The position numbers were made by a program, and so were the translations under genes. Positions 43,409-58,372 of a stretch of DNA of 64,000 nt are shown in pieces. Under the pieces are notes generated by a model that was given only the letters and a program-made list of their open reading frames with translations, made no database searches and had not been told where the DNA came from. The stretch comes from Bugula neritina (taxonomy: Eukaryota > Animalia > Bryozoa). The stretch lies in NCBI GenBank assembly GCA_964035545.1, contig OZ037770.1, positions 7,446,973-7,510,972 on the forward strand. The letters are read 5' to 3'. Each line of letters begins with the position of its first letter. The stretch's first letter is position 1.

Positions 43409-46400
43409 TCAGCAGGAAATGTCTAAATCTGACAGGTCAAGATGCTTGTCAGTTTGAAACATCAGGTAACTCTTTAGGCTGGAGGGTAAATGAAGCGAAG
43501 CTACTTTGTGAGTCACACCAACCCCTAAACACTGCCTTAATGTACCCCTGCAGAGTTCAAGCAAAGAAGATGGAGTTATCAGCTCTAGGCGAAGCAGTTC
43601 TATCAACTGTTCCCTCCCACCAACACTCAACATCCGCCCCTGAGTACCACCAGTATCCAGGTTGACTGTCAGCATGTCATGGATAACCCTCAAGAGACTG
43701 TAGGGCTTCCTGCAAACACCAAATCATAATCCAACAACAATGTGTGACGAGACCCTAAAAATCAGTTGCATACCACACAGGGGTAGATAAACAGAAAGTG
43801 CAGGAACATTACAAGTCCATTAATTTCATAGTTGTCAGGTTTTCTTGAGAAGAATGTTTAAAATGATAGATTGTAGATTGTATAGAATGTGTATTTGTAC
43901 TAGTATTTGTACCTATAAAAAATCTAAATTGTAGCTTAGGATCTGGTTACTATTATAGCTCAAAGTTACATCACTATTTTCGACAAGGCAACCAGATACA
44001 TTACTTGTATTTTCCTGTAATCATGAAATCCTTTGAATTAAGTGAAATTAAATTACAAATTTTTAGTAAATACTTAAAATTTAAAATACCCAATAAGCAC
44101 ATAACTGGAAAGTCATTATGATAATAGAGGGTCACATCTTCTATCCATCATTGCATATTAAATGACAGATATATATAATTTAGAAATATGAAGTCTGAAA
44201 CTATCACAGATAATACATTTTCTAATTAGTCGATTTCAGTTTCATTAAAATGTAACATGGTGCAAGAATCAGTTGAGTAAATAGAAAACCCCATGACTTG
44301 TGTTTAGCATCAATATTTTTACATTAATTATAATTATTACCTGTTCAAAAATGTTTTGATTCCAAATGTTTACAAGAAAATATAACAGTATTTCTAAAAT
44401 CCTATCCCATCAATCATAACAGCAACAAAACATACGTAACTTTCCACTACAGCTACAACAAAACTACCACTCATGAAATATGCAACCTATAAATGTTGAA
44501 AGAACACAACCCTGTATTACTAAGAGAACACAACTCTGTATTATTAAGAGAACACAACCCTGTATTACTAAGCTAACACAACTCTGTATTACTAAGAGAA
44601 CCCAACTCTACATTACTAAGAGAACCCAACTTTACATTACTAAGAGAACCCAACTTTACATCACTAAAATAACACAACCCTGTATTACTAAGAGAACACA
44701 ACTCTGTATTACTAGAAAAGCACAACTCTACATTACTAAGTAGAACTGGAGTCAAGGATATTCACCGGTAGTAGTGAGAGAGAAGCAGCTTGAACATATT
44801 CAGGTCATCATACTTGACACTGGCAAAGAGAGGCTGCAGTTCAACGTGAGGGTGAGCGTCGTGGTACACACGACAGCACTTCTTTGGTACAACAAGGTGA
44901 CTTGACTCAGTGGAGTCGAGGGAGCAGCCAAGTTTAAGAAGGCATCGTATGATCCTCTTGCTGTTGGCATCAACTGCCAACTGAATAGGCCTTTCTCCAT
45001 TCTGATTGGTCTGAAGGGAATGAGTAAGAAAAGAACGTGTCAAGCAGTCGTGTGCAGAACAAGCAGAAGACAACCCTAAATTAGAAACTTAGAAGCATTA
45101 GTTTTATAAAATTGTGAAAACTTACTGGTCATTCGAAAATTTTATTTATTGAGTATTTGTCAACATTATTACGAAAAATTGGTAATTTAATTAAAAAGGC
45201 CTTCCCATTAACAACTTTCACTTTAACTCATCCTACAACTAAGGATTAACAATTTGGTAAGTACACACTTTATTGATGTCAGCACCTAGGCTGACCAGTT
45301 GACTAATAAGATGTTCATCTGTCTTGGAGACTGCCTCATGGAGTGGCACAGAGTTGGCTCCAGCATTGACATCGCAGCAAGGAAGAGAGAGAAGACGATT
45401 TACAACATTACTTCTCCCTAGCCTAATAGCCTTAGCCAATGAAGTATTTCCCAAAGCATCAGCGTGGTTGATGTTACATCCTGTTGAGCCAGAAATCAAT
45501 ACTTTGACTAATGTATCAATGCATTTATATATTTTAACAAATATGAAACAACAACTTTAGCACAAGAGTACATATTTTTCTATAATTTTGGTAGTGAAAC
45601 ATAGTAGCTAAAACAATGTCTTATTGTGAACTTGGTAAACAGTAACTGTTTATTAAGAGAGTTGTGATAGTAGCTGCTAAGAGAGAAAACTATTGCAGTT
45701 ACGGAAATAGTCATAGACATTAGCTTAATGACTATGTATGCTATACATAGTCATAGTATAACATACATAGTCATAGTATAATATCCATAGTCATAGTATA
45801 ACATACATAGTCATAGTATAACATACATAGTCATAGTATAACATACATAGTCATAGTATAATATACATAGTCATAGTATAACATACGTAGTCATAGTATA
45901 ACATACATAGTCATAGTATAATGTCCATAGTCATAGTATAATATACATAGTCATAGTATAATATCCATAGTCATAGTATAACATACATAGTCATAGTATA
46001 ATATCCATAGTCATAGTATAATATCCATAGTCATAGTATAATATACATAGTCATAGTATAATATCCATAGTCATAGTATAACATACATAGTCATAGTATA
46101 ATATCCATAGTCATAGTATAATATCCATAGTCATAGTAAAATATACATAGTCATAGTATAATATCCATAGTCATAGTATAATATCCATAGTCATAGTAAA
46201 ATATACATAGTCATAGTATAACATACATAGTCATAGTATAATATACATAGTCATAGTATAATATTCATAGTCATAGTATGTTATACATAGTCATAGTATA
46301 ACAGCATTGAGTCACCTCTTGAAATTAAAAGTAGCGCCAAGTCAGCACTGACAGAGACAGCCACATGCAGTGCAGATTCTTTGCTCACAAAATCTGCAGC

Positions 46401-49400
46401 GTCAAGGTCTGTTCCAGCATCAATCAGCATTTCAACAATCTTTAAAATGCAGAGTATTATTATATTATAAAATATGTACCATACAAAGTTATATAAATAT
46501 AAAAATACATTAGTAGAATATAAAGCACTGAGTATATGTATATTATAATATAATAGTAGAATACACAGCACTGAATATATGAATATTATAATATAATAGT
46601 AGAATACACAGTACTGAATATATGTATATTATAATATAATAGTAGAATACACAGCACTGAATATATGTATATTATAATATAATAGTAGAATACACAGTAC
46701 TGAATATATGTATATTATAATATAATAGTAGAATACACAGTACTGAATATATGTATATTATAATATAATAGTAGAATACACAGTACTGAATATATGTATA
46801 TTATAATATAATAGTAGAATACACAGTACTGAATATATGTATATTATAATATAATAGTAGAATACACAGCACTGAATATATGTATACTATAATATAATAG
46901 TAGAATACACAGTACTGAATATATGTATATTATAATATAATAGTAGAATACACAGTACTGAATATATGTATATTATAATATAATAGTAGAATACACAGCA
47001 CTGAATATATGAATATTATAATATAATAGTAGAATACACAGTACTGAGTATATGTATATTATAATATAATAGTAAAATACACAGCACTGAATATATGTAT
47101 ATTATAATATAATAGTAGAATATAAAGCACTGAAAATATGTATGTATTATAAGTAATGTTATGTATACCAGCACATACAGCACATAAAAGAATTACATTC
47201 TCATACAAAGTGAGGGCATGGTATGTAGCACCAGCCAGCAAGCACCTGCTTTGGTTGACATGTCACAACACTCTTGAACAAAGCTGTGTGACCACTCTGG
47301 TTCCGAATATTTGCATCACAACCTGGAAAATAAAGCTGGAATACATTCACTGTGAGATATACAATATATGCAGTTATTTGTTAAGAGTTAAGATACCCCA
47401 CTGGATATATGTTAATCATGTCAATATAGTCATGTACCAAAATGATGAATTGAAATACAACAAAATATGACATAATTCAGAATAATTCAATATATTAGGA
47501 TAGCCTCTACTTTCTAGTGTTATCTTACCAGATCTCAGAAGGAGAGAAAGCATAGACACACTGACTCTGTCTCGAATTGCGGCATGTAGAACAGTCTCCC
47601 CTACTTTGTCCACGATACTAACCTTAGCTCCATGTGCTAGCAATAGCTGGGCAAGCACTAAACACAGTACCAATGTGTACAATAAAGTGGTTTCTATGTG
47701 GCTAATAGAATTTAGAAATCTGCTATGTTTGGTTTCAATCATGAAATACAATTTATACACAATTTTCAAACCTTTAGCAAATTTTTTGAGTAAACTATTA
47801 TTTATACCATATATAGCTTGTTCGACAAGTAAAATAAAAGTAACATTTACAATGTAGTGTCGGCATTTATGCATAGGTTTTTCACTCTCCAAAATGTAGA
47901 TTGTACTAATGCACAAGGTTTAAATCTTAACTGTATCTCTATATTCTATAAATGTAGACTACACTCTACTGTTATGATTTTCAACACACCTTTGTATGCT
48001 ATGAGAAGTAAACTATTCTCTAAAGTTACCTACCAGTATTGCCTGTTTTCGCAGCAGTAAATAGCGATGTCCAGCCGCAACTATTTTCAGGGATGTTGAC
48101 ATCACACCCCTTACTCAACAGAGTTTTGCTTAAAAACCCAGGTACACTGTGTAACGCAGCTGCTCCAAATATGCATGCCAAAGAAATCAATCGAAAAATC
48201 GGCGTAATTCCTTCGTAGTCGGCCATATTTATTGTGGAAAGTCCTTGTGCAGTTGCCAGTATGATATCTACAATAGCGATGTTTTGCTGCTCCACTGCGA
48301 CTACAACACACACGGGAACATGACATGTAGACTATATATATAGCAAAGGTAGACAACTTTATTTAAATCATAATAAACTCTCAATCTAAAAATATTTTTT
48401 AAAAAGTATCAGTAAAAGCAACTAATAAGGCCCTGATACAATGTACCTGGAAAAAGAAAGAATTCCATAGTATTAGCTCTTAAAGACCTACCCAAGCTAA
48501 CAATGACCTACTTTATAAATCACCGTACCTAAAATTTGATGAAAATTGAACTGGCAATCATCTTAAAAAAATGTTTATTAAATACCTACAGCATTTTACA
48601 CATGTAGTAATAATATGTTAGTATAAATTATGAAATTATCACCAGCATAATGAATTTAACAATGTGAGTTGAAGACTCACAGCTACAAGCTACCATGTTC
48701 CAAATCAACGTAATGTATTATTATATGTTATAAGAGTATGTATATATGTATGTATACACATATGTTAATTGAAATTTCAAAGCAACAGTTGCCATTATGT
48801 TCATCTACCCAATGATTAATTGATAGAATTTTAGCAGTCTCATATAGTTGTTGAAAGATGTAAAACAACTTTCACAAACATCTCCCATATTGCATTACAC
48901 TAACTGCACTATACAACTAGTCACTGCTAGCTCTATTCCAATGCAGTGATAAATTGCTCAATAGCTGCATTTGTACCCTGGATATCGTAAGCATGACGTA
49001 ACAACAGGGAATTCCCACTGAAGGTTTTCCAACTGCATTATGAATAAGTAACTAAGCGGTGTTATCACAACAAAAGCCCTTGTAGTACACATGTACAAAT
49101 TCTATTGGTCCATATTCTATACTGAACTGAAAAGCCTAGTAAAACAAAATCAACATTACCATCAGTAACGGATGCTGCAATGAGCAAGAGAGAGGTTGTT
49201 TTTAGCAAGAGTAAATCTACTACCACCTGGCATGATGATTAGTGAGGGATATGGGTTGAGTGAGAATGCAGGACTTGCAAGCAGTGAGAGCAGCACAGTT
49301 ATACTGATGCCAGCAAATAATGGAGGAAATGGCAGTGTTAGGTCACACTGGAGTGTTTCTACTGGAAGCAATGACACCCTGACATCCACCCACATGCCAT

Positions 49401-52400
49401 GTGACTGGAACAGCACGGTTAGCTCTGCAGGAAGTTACATCATCACTCAGCAACCAAATGATGAGGGGAGGCAGCGTATAAGAGAGTTTCTGACACCTGA
49501 GGGCATAGGAAGGACTGATGTGATAGAGAGAGAGAATATGTATGGAGCCAGCAGACCAGAGTATGATGGGGGTGTAGCTCATGGATACGGAGGTAGGCTC
49601 TAGTGCAGGGCTGCTAATACAAATAATAATTGAAATAATTTAACCCATGTATGCTGAAATTAGCCACAGAAATGTCCATCAAATGCTTACAGATGCTTAA
49701 CAAGGTGCCTATGTATTATAGGACAGCAAAGGAATAGCAGATCAAACCTGCAACAATTAGTAGCCGCATTTAATCCACCCGCGTTGGCACCCATCAGGGA
49801 GGAAGTGCTGGTTCATGAAGATGCGTCTGCAGAAGTGGGCGGACAGAAAGACAGTCATAGTGAAAGACAATTAAAATCAACATATGAAAATGAAAGCACC
49901 AAGATTAACATGCCAACTGATGGCTATGAGGCCAACTCATTGGAGCCCTTGCAGGGTATGTATAATATCTATGAGACAGTCGTGTACAACTCACACCTTG
50001 TGTAATGTTATACAATATAACTTACTGTCTAGATTCTAGAGTACAAACTGACAGTAAATGAGATGGCGGGATTTAATATTTGCTGTCTAGACTCTAGAGT
50101 ACAAACTGACAGTAAATGAGATGATGGGGTTCAATATATCTCAGATGCTGATAACTTCTACACTTGATATTTATGGAAAGTGATTTCTCGGATTTGGGAG
50201 GTATAAAACTAGTGTTTTAAACTTACAAATCACCTTAATTGTCATTCATATTAGATCACCTAAGAGTAATTTATAATAAAAATCAGTAAAGACCAGTGCT
50301 ATTTACTTGATGGTGTATGAGTCAGCCAATTCCATCATCAGTGCGTTAGAGGTGGGTAGGGCATTGAAAAACTACAAAACACACTCTATAAATCTCTCTG
50401 CTAGCTAAGCAAATGTTAACACAGTCAACTCGGAAATACCAGAAGTTAGTTTGCCACTTCTGCGTAACTCAAGAAGATTCTCAAAAACATGTTCATGTTA
50501 GCTAAGATGAGTTCAGCTTATGGGAAGGAGGCATTACCCCCCCCCCCCAATTTGCAGATACTGTTATAACCATGTCCTATAGAATTTCTATATTTCTAGT
50601 TACTAATTCCTTTTCTAAAGCATCAAATGCAGAAATTAAAAAATTGTGTGCTTGGCATGTGCTTTCAATCGCTTTTAAAAGACACAAAACGGTGTTATAA
50701 GTGCAGTCATCACTCATTAGTTGTGGTTCTGGCATGGTATGTTTTATACTTATAGGATGGAATAGTGGTGAGTCTGAGCAACCTCCGATACCGGATTCCA
50801 TACTGGCTTATGAAACAGACGCAAGAAAAATGAAGCTTTTGGAAGAGTTTTCGGACCTAACATTTGAAGCAGAGAATTGCTTCCATCGAATTGTCTTCAC
50901 TATGGTAACTCTTGGCACTTTATTAGGTCTCCTTGCATATATAATACTACCAATAGTTGTAATTACTGGAGTTGAGAGTATGATGGCCAAAAGAATAGAA
51001 CATGAGAACACACTTGTAATATCAATTTACATCATAGAAACTATAGCAATTCTATTTATTTTATATATATCAAGAAGTTGAGTCAGAAAGTTCATTTCAA
51101 AAAATATAATACACTTTATATATTGAAAGTATACTTTATATATTGAAAGTATACTTTATATATTGAAAGTATACTTTCAATATATAAAGTATACTTTATA
51201 TATTGAAAGTATACTTTATATATTGAAAGTAAACTTTATATATTGAAAGTATACTTTATATATTGAAAGTATACTTTATATATTGAAAGTAAACTTTATA
51301 TATTGAAAGTATACTTTATATATTGAAAGTATACTTTATAAATGGAAAATATATTATAATGTCTTCCTTTACTAATACTATAATAATTATATAGATAGCA
51401 TGATAAAGGAATTTTTATACTACTTTTTTGTAGTAGAATTATTTACAATATTATTTTGTTATTTTATATAAGTTTTTTCTTTTGTATTACAGCTGTGTTT
51501 CTCTTTAAAAATTTTTATATGAAAACACAAAGCAACATCTCTATCATTATCTATATTTATCTATATCTTGTATTATCTATATTTAAGTACAAGCCTAATG
51601 ATTTAATTATTATATAAACTATTAAATTTGCAACAATAAAGAAAATTTCATTAAACCACACTTTGATTCTAAGGAAGCAACAGGTTAACTGAAGTATAAG
51701 TGATTTGCAACTCACTGAAAAGATAAACAAAATACAAGCATCTCCTTCGTCATAAAGTTCATACAGTACGGCATTATTAGCGAGAATCACTTGTTCCAAT
51801 GTGGCTTCTGTAGTGATAGGCTAACCTTGGTACTGGTGATATTACTTATTAGATATATAGTTCTAGTCTGCTGGATCTCTATAGTTATGACTTTAGTTTT
51901 AGGTTTTACTCTTAGTTTATCTGTATTAGTATTAGTATCACTGTGTTCGTATCCCACAGCCTTTGTCTCAGTCTCTTGTCAGTCTCTAAGTATAAGGTCA
52001 GTTAGTATGTGAGTTATTAGTTAGTATAGGTGTATACTCAAGTACTAGTAAAGGGTTTGTTTCAATTATTATAAGTATCTCCTCTGAATTTATTCACTCT
52101 TTCTCTCAATCTCTGTTCATTCTCCCCGCCGCGAGCTTTTTCTATTTAATTGTTATTTATTTGTCATTCAAGAGCAGATAACCCTTCAGTATACACTTCA
52201 GCTTCAAGTACTTAATAACTAACTACTGGAGTGATTCAGCCAATTAGCCTTAGAATTTATGAATATGATCTTTATAGCTCTCACAAAGTCAGCCATAATC
52301 TAATATAAATGCTAATCACTACTGGAATTTGCTTTTTGGGCTAAATTACATTCACAAAAAGTCAAGTCAATGGCAAAGCAAGTTAAGCTGGGTGATGGTT

Positions 52401-55400
52401 CAAAAAAGGACGCAAGTAAAGCAATGGATTCAGTTGACTCAGAACATACTTCTTATTTAAATAGTTGCATGTCTACATTTCCTAGAAATTAATGAGCATT
52501 CAAGTGCGGGCGGCAGTCTAAATAAGAGAAGAAAATTCAGTTTTGGTTCAACTGACCAATAATAGAGTTATGAACTGTTTTCACAACACAGTAAAACTCC
52601 ACATAATTAAAGTTTTCATTGGATACTGAACTTTGAGTTGTCATTTCAAACAAATGAGAGCAGTTCTACTGAAATATTATGAACTTTAAAGTATTTAAAA
52701 AGGACTTGAGTTCAGGTCTGCATGCTCTTATCTCATATACATGCATAGTATACATAATCAACTATTACAAACAAATAGAGAAGTAGACTACACTCACACA
52801 TAAGTGGAGTGACTTTCTTAAAATCTGTAAGATTCATGTTAGCACCATTTTGAATGAGAAGTCGAAAACTATTGACATGTCTTTGGTCAATAGCCAAGTA
52901 CAGAGCAGTGCGTTTCTTGCTGTCTACACTATCTAGTTGACATCCTGCAAAAAAGTATACGGCAAACTTATATGATGGTAACCAGCAAAGTGTACTATAA
53001 GAGTCAGTGAGTGATACTAAGTAATTTCACAGTGAATGAATGATACTAACTGCTACCATAGTGATTATAACTACTATCATAGTAAGTGAGTGATACTGAT
53101 AGCATAATGAAGGATATTAACTAAGGACATGACAAACGAGTGGTTTTAACTGAAGTAAATTAAAATATCTACAGCATATGATTTTTACCAGCTAATATAA
53201 GTGTCTGCATGACATCAGTGTTACCCCTTCTAGCTGCCAACATAAGCGGAGTTTCCTTGAGTCTGTTTGTCTGATTGACATCACATCCATGCCGGGCTAG
53301 ACAATCCGCCACCTTGCTGTAAGTACAGTGTATCATTTAAAGAGACTTGCTTCGAGACTCACGAGCTTTTACAGCTAGAATAAGATGTTTCACTATATAA
53401 TGCAATTCTAGCTACATGCTATTTACAGGGGAAAAATAGGTAAATGTATGTAACTATATCAGCATATCATTTTCATCCTGGATCAATTGATAATATGATA
53501 TGATGATATGATATTGATGATAAGATATTGATGATATGATGACATGATATTGATGATATGATGATGTGATATTGATGATATGATGACATGATATTGATGA
53601 TATGATGATGTGATATTGATGATATGATGACATGATATTGATGATATGATGATGTGATATTGATGATATGATGACATGATATTGATGATATGATGATATG
53701 ATATGATGATATGATGACATGATATTTATGATGGTATGTCCTGCAGTCAGCCCCTCTCATAATCTGGTGTCCGTTGATGATTTTGATCAATCTTCCTGTA
53801 ATCACATAACTCAATGGGTACCAATGCTTCAATTGAAGATGTTCCCAAGTGATTTTGTGATGTTCTTATGCTTACAAACAGTGCTGGTGATAGCACAGTG
53901 CCAGCAACAATTACTCATTAGAGTTGTACTTCCCAGTCTCGCGTGGGCCAACAACACCTTCCCATTTATACTGTATTAAAACCCACTGTTGAGATCAGCC
54001 TATCTAGTCTAGGGACCTTAAAAAGTACTTCTCAAAGTTGGCTGTAGAAGGCTTTCTTGTTTTCCTTGGAATCAGTGATTGCTGGTGCATAAACCTTTAC
54101 AATGTACGATATATATTCTTCCTAAGAGGCGAGCTCATTGTCATTATCCTATCACTTACAGGTGATGGATCTTTTTCCAGAAGGTGCATAAATGTGTTTC
54201 TTATAGAGAGACGTACTCCAGAGTCTCTCCTTTCTTCTTCACTTTTGCCACATACTTCAGGAAAATACGTACTTGCCATAGACTAGGCTGTCGATGCACG
54301 TCAAGAGGTTTTCATTGAGTGCGAATATGTCCACTCTATATCTACCTAGTTATTGTGCATTCACAGTTTGAAATGCATTTGGCTTATATTAAAGCTACTA
54401 GACAAAAATATTAGTACAGTTTGTGAATCAGCTGAAGAAAAATTACTAGCTGCACTATTTGTAAAATTAAAATTTATAAAATACAAAAAATTGTAAGGGT
54501 AAGAGAGTATATAGCAAGACATGTATATATTCACTAAGAGAGTATATAGTATGACATGTTTATATTCACTAAGAGAGTATATAGTATGACATGTATATAT
54601 TCACTGAGAGAGTATACAGTATGACATGTATATATTCACTAAGAGAGTATACAGTATGACATGTATATATTTACTAAGAGAGTATACAGTATGACATGTA
54701 TATATTCACTAAGAGAGTATATAGTATGACATGTGTATATTTACTAAGAGAGTATATAGTATGACATGTATATATTCACTAAGAGAGTATATAGTATGAC
54801 ATGTATATATTCACTAAGAGAGTATATAGTATGACATGTATATATTCACTAAGAGAGTATATAGTATGACATGTGTATATTCACTAAGAGAGTATACAGT
54901 ATGATATGTATATATATTCACTAAGAGAGTATACAGTATGATATGTATATATTCACTAAGAGAGTATATAGTATGACATGTATATATTCACTAAGAGAGT
55001 ATATAGTATGACATGTATATATTCACTAAGAGAGTATATAGTATGACATGTATATATTCACTAAGAGAGTATACAGTATGACATGTATATATTTACTGAG
55101 AGAGTATACAGTATGACATGTATATATTCACTAAGAGAGTATATAGTATGACATGTATATATTCACTAAGAGAGTATATAGTATGACATGTATATATTCA
55201 CTAAGAGAGTATATAGTATGACATGTATATATTCACTAAGAGAGTATACAGTATGACATGTATATATTCACTAAGAGAGTATATAGTATGACATGTTTAT
55301 ATTCACTAAGAGAGTATATAGTATGAGATGTATATATTCACTAAGAGAGTATATAGTATGACATGTATATATTCACTAAGAGAGTATATAGTATGACATG

Positions 55401-58372
55401 TATATATTTACTAAGAGAGTATACAGTACGACATGTATATATTTACTAAGAGAGTATACAGTATGACATGTATATATTCACTAAGAGAGTATATAGCAAG
55501 ACATGTTTATATTCACTAAGAGAGTATATAGTATGACATGTATATATTCACTGAGAGAGTATACAGTATGACATGTTTATATTCACTAAGAGAGTATACA
55601 GTATGACATGTATATATTTACTGAGAGAGTATATAGTATGACATGTATATATTCACTAAGAGAGTATATAGTATGACATGTTTATATTCACTAAGAGAGT
55701 ATACAGTATGACATGTATATATTTACTAAGAGAGTATACAGTATGACATGTATATATTTACTGAGAGAGTATACAGTATGACATGTATATATTCACTAAG
55801 AGAGTATATAGTATGACATGTATATATTCACTAAGAGAGTATATAGTATGACATGTATATATTCACTAAGAGAGTATACAGTATGACATGTATATATTCA
55901 CTAAGAGAGTATATAGTATGACATGTATATATTCACTAAGAGAGTATATAGTATGACATGTATATATTCACTAAGAGAGTATATAGTATGACATGTGTAT
56001 ATTCACTAAGAGAGTATACAGTATGATATGTATATATATTCACTAAGAGAGTATACAGTATGATATGTATATATTCACTAAGAGAGTATATAGTATGACA
56101 TGTATATATTCACTAAGAGAGTATATAGTATGACATGTATATATTCACTGAGAGAGTATACAGTATGACATGTATATATTCACTAAGAGAGTATATAGTA
56201 TGACATGTATATATTCACTAAGAGAGTATATAGTATGACATGTTTATATTCACTAAGAGAGTATACAGTATGACATGTATATATTTACTGAGAGAGTATA
56301 TAGTATGACATGTATATATTCACTAAGAGAGTATATAGTATGACATGTTTATATTCACTAAGAGAGTATACAGTATGACATGTATATATTTACTAAGAGA
56401 GTATACAGTATGACATGTATATATTCACTAAGAGAGTATATAGTATGACATGTATATATTCACTAAGAGAGTATATAGTATGACATGTATATATTCACTA
56501 AGAGAGTATATAGTATGACATGTATATATTCACTAAGAGAGTATATAGTATGAAGTGTATATATTCACTAAGAGAGTATATAGTATGACATGTATATATT
56601 CACTAAGAGAGTATATAGTATGATATCTTGTGACATGTACCTGAGATTTGAATAAGATTCAGGCTCCTTATCATAGCCAAGTAGCAAATGTAACGCACTA
56701 TCACCATGACAATCTGTGTAATCAATATCAGCGTTTGCATCCAACAGCTCCCTGACTATGTCAAGGTTATAATACACGCATGCTACCATAAGAGGAGTCC
56801 TGCCTGAAAACATGAAACAGGGCTACCCAATCAAAAACATACATTCATTAAAAAATGAAACACCTGGTTTACACAGAGAGTGAAGTCCTTGAATAAAGTT
56901 GAAGGGGCTTGACAGGTAAACATACTGTGAAGAGATAGACCTGCTTACCTACAGTATTAGCAACACTTATAATACACTTATGGGCTGAACTTTTGTGCAA
57001 AGGTTATTGAAAAAAATTAAATAAAAATTAAATAAATTTAAGATTTTTTTCAACTTGGTAAATAAAAGAGCCATAGATGCAGTATCGCACTACTTTTAAA
57101 TGAGCCCTTAACATAGAGAATTCACTAGTGATAAATGAACTTTAAAAAAAAAATTTAAGCTGAAGGCATAAATTGAACTTACTGACTGAGGAGAAGGAGC
57201 TATAACCAGACCATATTATTATGTTCTAGAGGCAGGCTCCTTCAGAGCAGGGATCAGTTATATTTACCTGTATCTGACGCAGCATTGGGGTCTGCTCCCC
57301 TTTTAAGAAGAGCCTTTACTAAAGTAAGACTATTCACAGAGCATGCTTCGTGCAGTGGAGTTACTCCATGGCGATTGGCTGAATTGACAGCTGCCCCCAA
57401 GTCTGTATAAGTTATAATATAAAATTATACTATGTACAAATGATCACTGTCTTACATAGGCGTTTTTCAAAACATATGACCTCTATGGTTCTTTTATCTA
57501 TATGGCCTCACATTATCATATGGTTACTGTAGAGCAAATTTCTTTATCATAAAGCCTATTTCTTAGCTCTCAATAATCTTCACATTCAGCAATCATGAAG
57601 CAAACCCTGATGACTAGCTTTTCACAATGTGTATGCATATACATGTTTGTGCGCGAGTGTGTGTATACATGCGTGTGCGCAACTGTGCATGTGGCCCACC
57701 AACAGATCTATAAAAACGCCTATTATACTAAGGTCTGAGAATGACTCATTGAAGAGCTTTGCAACTACTAAATGAATTCTATACAAAAACTACAATGGCA
57801 CAATTCATCTATTAAAGCAGAATAAAAAGAAACAAACAAGGCTAAAAGTTGAAAAACTAACCCAAAATGTAATCGAGGATCTCCGGACAACCGACGGACA
57901 CTGAACTTTGTAAGTATGTGTGGAAAGTAACATTATCATTACTGCCGACAAGATAATCAGCATTAAGATTTATCTTCTCTTCACCAGCTTCAGTTAACCT
58001 CTAAAAGGCAAAAATATTTGCAATATTTTCAGAATGGTAGAAGGTAATTAAAAAGGGTTTAGTACAAGTGCTATAGCTTATAATACGATCAGAAGTGCTT
58101 ACATACTGCTAATGTTTAGATAAAAATCTCGTCTATGAAAAATTTAAACTAGAAAATGAGCAGCAAATGAGCGAATTCACATAACACATGAGACACTTTT
58201 TAGAGAACTATAGATGTTTCTTATACCATAAGCCACTGGGACAAAATGAAGTTCCTTGTATCTGTTTTTGTTCTAACAGCAATACCTTTTTAAATTGATC
58301 TGGATTTTTGTTCCAAATTGCTTCCAGCAATCGTCTCCTGATTTGTCTTGACTCCCTTTCTGTGACTGCCAT
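43409..58372 (-). CDS. Ankyrin repeat and SOCS box protein (ASB-type Cullin-5 substrate receptor), ~717 aa
   Basis: 13 phase-consistent GT-AG exons: 58372-58286, 58000-57862, 57402-57268, 56803-56641, 53316-53189, 52944-52798, 48300-48034, 47657-47529, 47322-47246, 46439-46316, 45480-45269, 45010-44766, 43709-43409. Repeated G.TPLH/M..GAD.N ankyrin motifs; C-terminal PSSLLELCRGTLRQCL...LHLPSSLKSYL SOCS box. Confidence 0.9.
44500..44740. repeat. 24-bp minisatellite
   Basis: aagagaacacaactctgtattact, ~10 copies. Confidence 0.95.
45742..46301. repeat. 20-bp minisatellite
   Basis: acatacatagtcatagtata, ~28 copies. Confidence 0.97.
46510..47145. repeat. 43-bp minisatellite
   Basis: aatatatgtatattataatataatagtagaatacacagtactg, ~14 copies. 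Confidence 0.95.
49232..51081 (+). CDS. Uncharacterised ~306-aa protein (low-complexity N-terminus, two C-terminal TM helices), nested antisense in ankyrin/SOCS intron 6
   Basis: Exons 49232-49592, 49722-49955 and 50756-51081 joined by two phase-1 GT-AG introns into one open 921-nt frame; GC content above the flanking intron. Confidence 0.72.
51112..51340. repeat. 20-bp minisatellite with one inverted unit
   Basis: atactttatatattgaaagt units; 51171-51190 reads atactttcaatatataaagt. Confidence 0.93.
53487..53732. repeat. GAT/ATG-rich tandem repeat
   Basis: atattgatgatatgatgacatg-type units. Confidence 0.92.
54500..56625. repeat. 35-bp minisatellite, ~60 copies
   Basis: aagagagtatatagtatgacatgtatatattcact head-to-tail, no spacers. 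Confidence 0.98.

Noticed and set aside
54500-56625. 35-bp repeat array as a CRISPR array
   Set aside because: Units are head-to-tail with no unique spacers, there are no cas genes, and it lies in a eukaryotic intron.
57606-57640. Other CTGANGA hits (also ~7581, ~50335 minus, and ctgaaaa at ~17982) as hammerheads
   Set aside because: They lack a correctly placed stem II, GAAA and closing stem I.
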